Shown piece by piece: positions 63,024 through 64,000 of a stretch of DNA of 64,000 nucleotides. Position 1 is the stretch's first letter. Every line of letters starts with the position of its first letter. The notes beneath the pieces were generated by a model. The model was not told where the DNA came from and did no database searches. It was given only the letters and a program-made list of their open reading frames with translations. This DNA comes from Pavona decussata (lineage: Eukaryota), in assembly GCA_977016875.1 (NCBI GenBank), contig CDRNST010000051.1, positions 1,302,001 to 1,366,000 on the forward strand, given 5' to 3'. Made by a program: the position numbers and the translations under genes.

Positions 63024-63171
63024 GGACACGCGCGCGAAAAAAAACAACAACAACAACAACAACAAACAAACTAAACGCGAGAGTACCTTCACGAATACTA
63101 TTCTCAAAATATTGCCAAACGCTGACTAACGGAGAGGATAAGATGCACCAAACATTGGATTTCATAGGTAA

Positions 63172-63481
63172 CTATTGGCCCATGAAGACCCATATTGGTC
63201 GATATTGGTCCGTGATGATCCATATTGGCCACAATTGGCCCATGTTGACCCATATTGGCGAATACTGACTCATGGGGAGCCATGGTGGTCAACATTGCCC
63301 TATGGTGACCCATATTGGCCAATGTCGGGCCATGGTGATCCATATTGGCCAATATTAGCGCATATTGGCACATGGGGAACCATGTTTGTCAGTATCGGTC
63401 AATGGTGACCTATGTTGGCCAATATTGGTCCATGGTGACCTATATTGACCAGCATTGGTCAATAGTGACCCATATTGGCAA
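63172..63481. repeat. Minisatellite, ~30-bp period built from 10-bp CATATTGGCC-like subunits
   Basis: Repeated CATGGTGACC-CATATTGGCC-AATATTGGTC variants, about 10 units. Confidence 0.85.
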
Positions 63482-64000
63482 ATATACGTGTATACATGGG
63501 GAATTTTTTTTACAATCGAGTGTGTATATTTGTAAAATTACAGCTTCCATGTTATTATGAAGATTCAAATGGCAACGTTAGCAGCAACATTTTGTTTGGA
63601 GCACTAACAGATTGCAATACCTTCCAAATATCGGTAGGAGTCCAAAAAATGGCTATGACTGGACTCAGTTCATGAGGAAGTGAGTTAAAATTGCCAATGC
63701 AAAGAAATTTCGGGCAAACATGCTTAACAGACAAAAATGTCGGGAAAACACAACTACAAATAAACTCGACACTGTTGCCTAAAATTAAAAACAAGACGAT
63801 AACCTAGTATACTTGTCCGTAACAACATTTGCGATATCGGAAACAGCGGTTTGTAACATCTGGGGCTCTCGAACAGACAATCTTGGAGAGAAAGAGTAGT
63901 TTATTTGTATCACTGTTACTTTGGTTTGACGATCCACTCGACCACTCTCTCAAAGCCAGCCAGCATGGTAATTCTGCGGCAATTTAGCATCCACCTGGGC

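Noticed and set aside
63172-63481. CRISPR-like array
   Set aside because: Continuous degenerate tandem repeat without unique spacers, in a eukaryotic context with no cas genes.

Overview
Eukaryotic, AT-rich, intron-containing DNA with four N-gaps. The repeat content suggests an animal, probably a cnidarian/stony coral (inference, not proven). The window is almost entirely one tandem gene cluster: about 13 copies of a two-coding-exon gene encoding a ~600-aa protein, of which 4 are intact, 1 is 3'-truncated, 5 are disabled and 3 are small relics. The protein has two N-terminal MYND zinc fingers followed by a DUF4470-type domain (YYWGNxPAxDL...CGVGDPRNV...LNDICxCTLAR) and a C-terminal region with class I SAM-dependent transferase-like motifs (YDRITTSN). 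The coding intron lies at the same phase-1 position (K-G|G) wherever its junctions survive. Three subfamilies (A, B, C) occur in mixed orientation, including head-to-head pairs. The cluster shows birth-and-death evolution: a ~12 kb and a ~5 kb segmental duplication, apparent gene-conversion patches, clustered amino-acid hypervariability, and independent inactivation of every B copy. Mobile DNA includes a Harbinger deletion derivative inside a coding exon, a hAT element with a 5-bp TSD, a ~3.1 kb long-inverted-repeat element, several MITEs, LINE fragments and Penelope-like relics. No rRNA, tRNA or CRISPR array was seen. Copy labels (g1-g12) and subfamily letters are mine.
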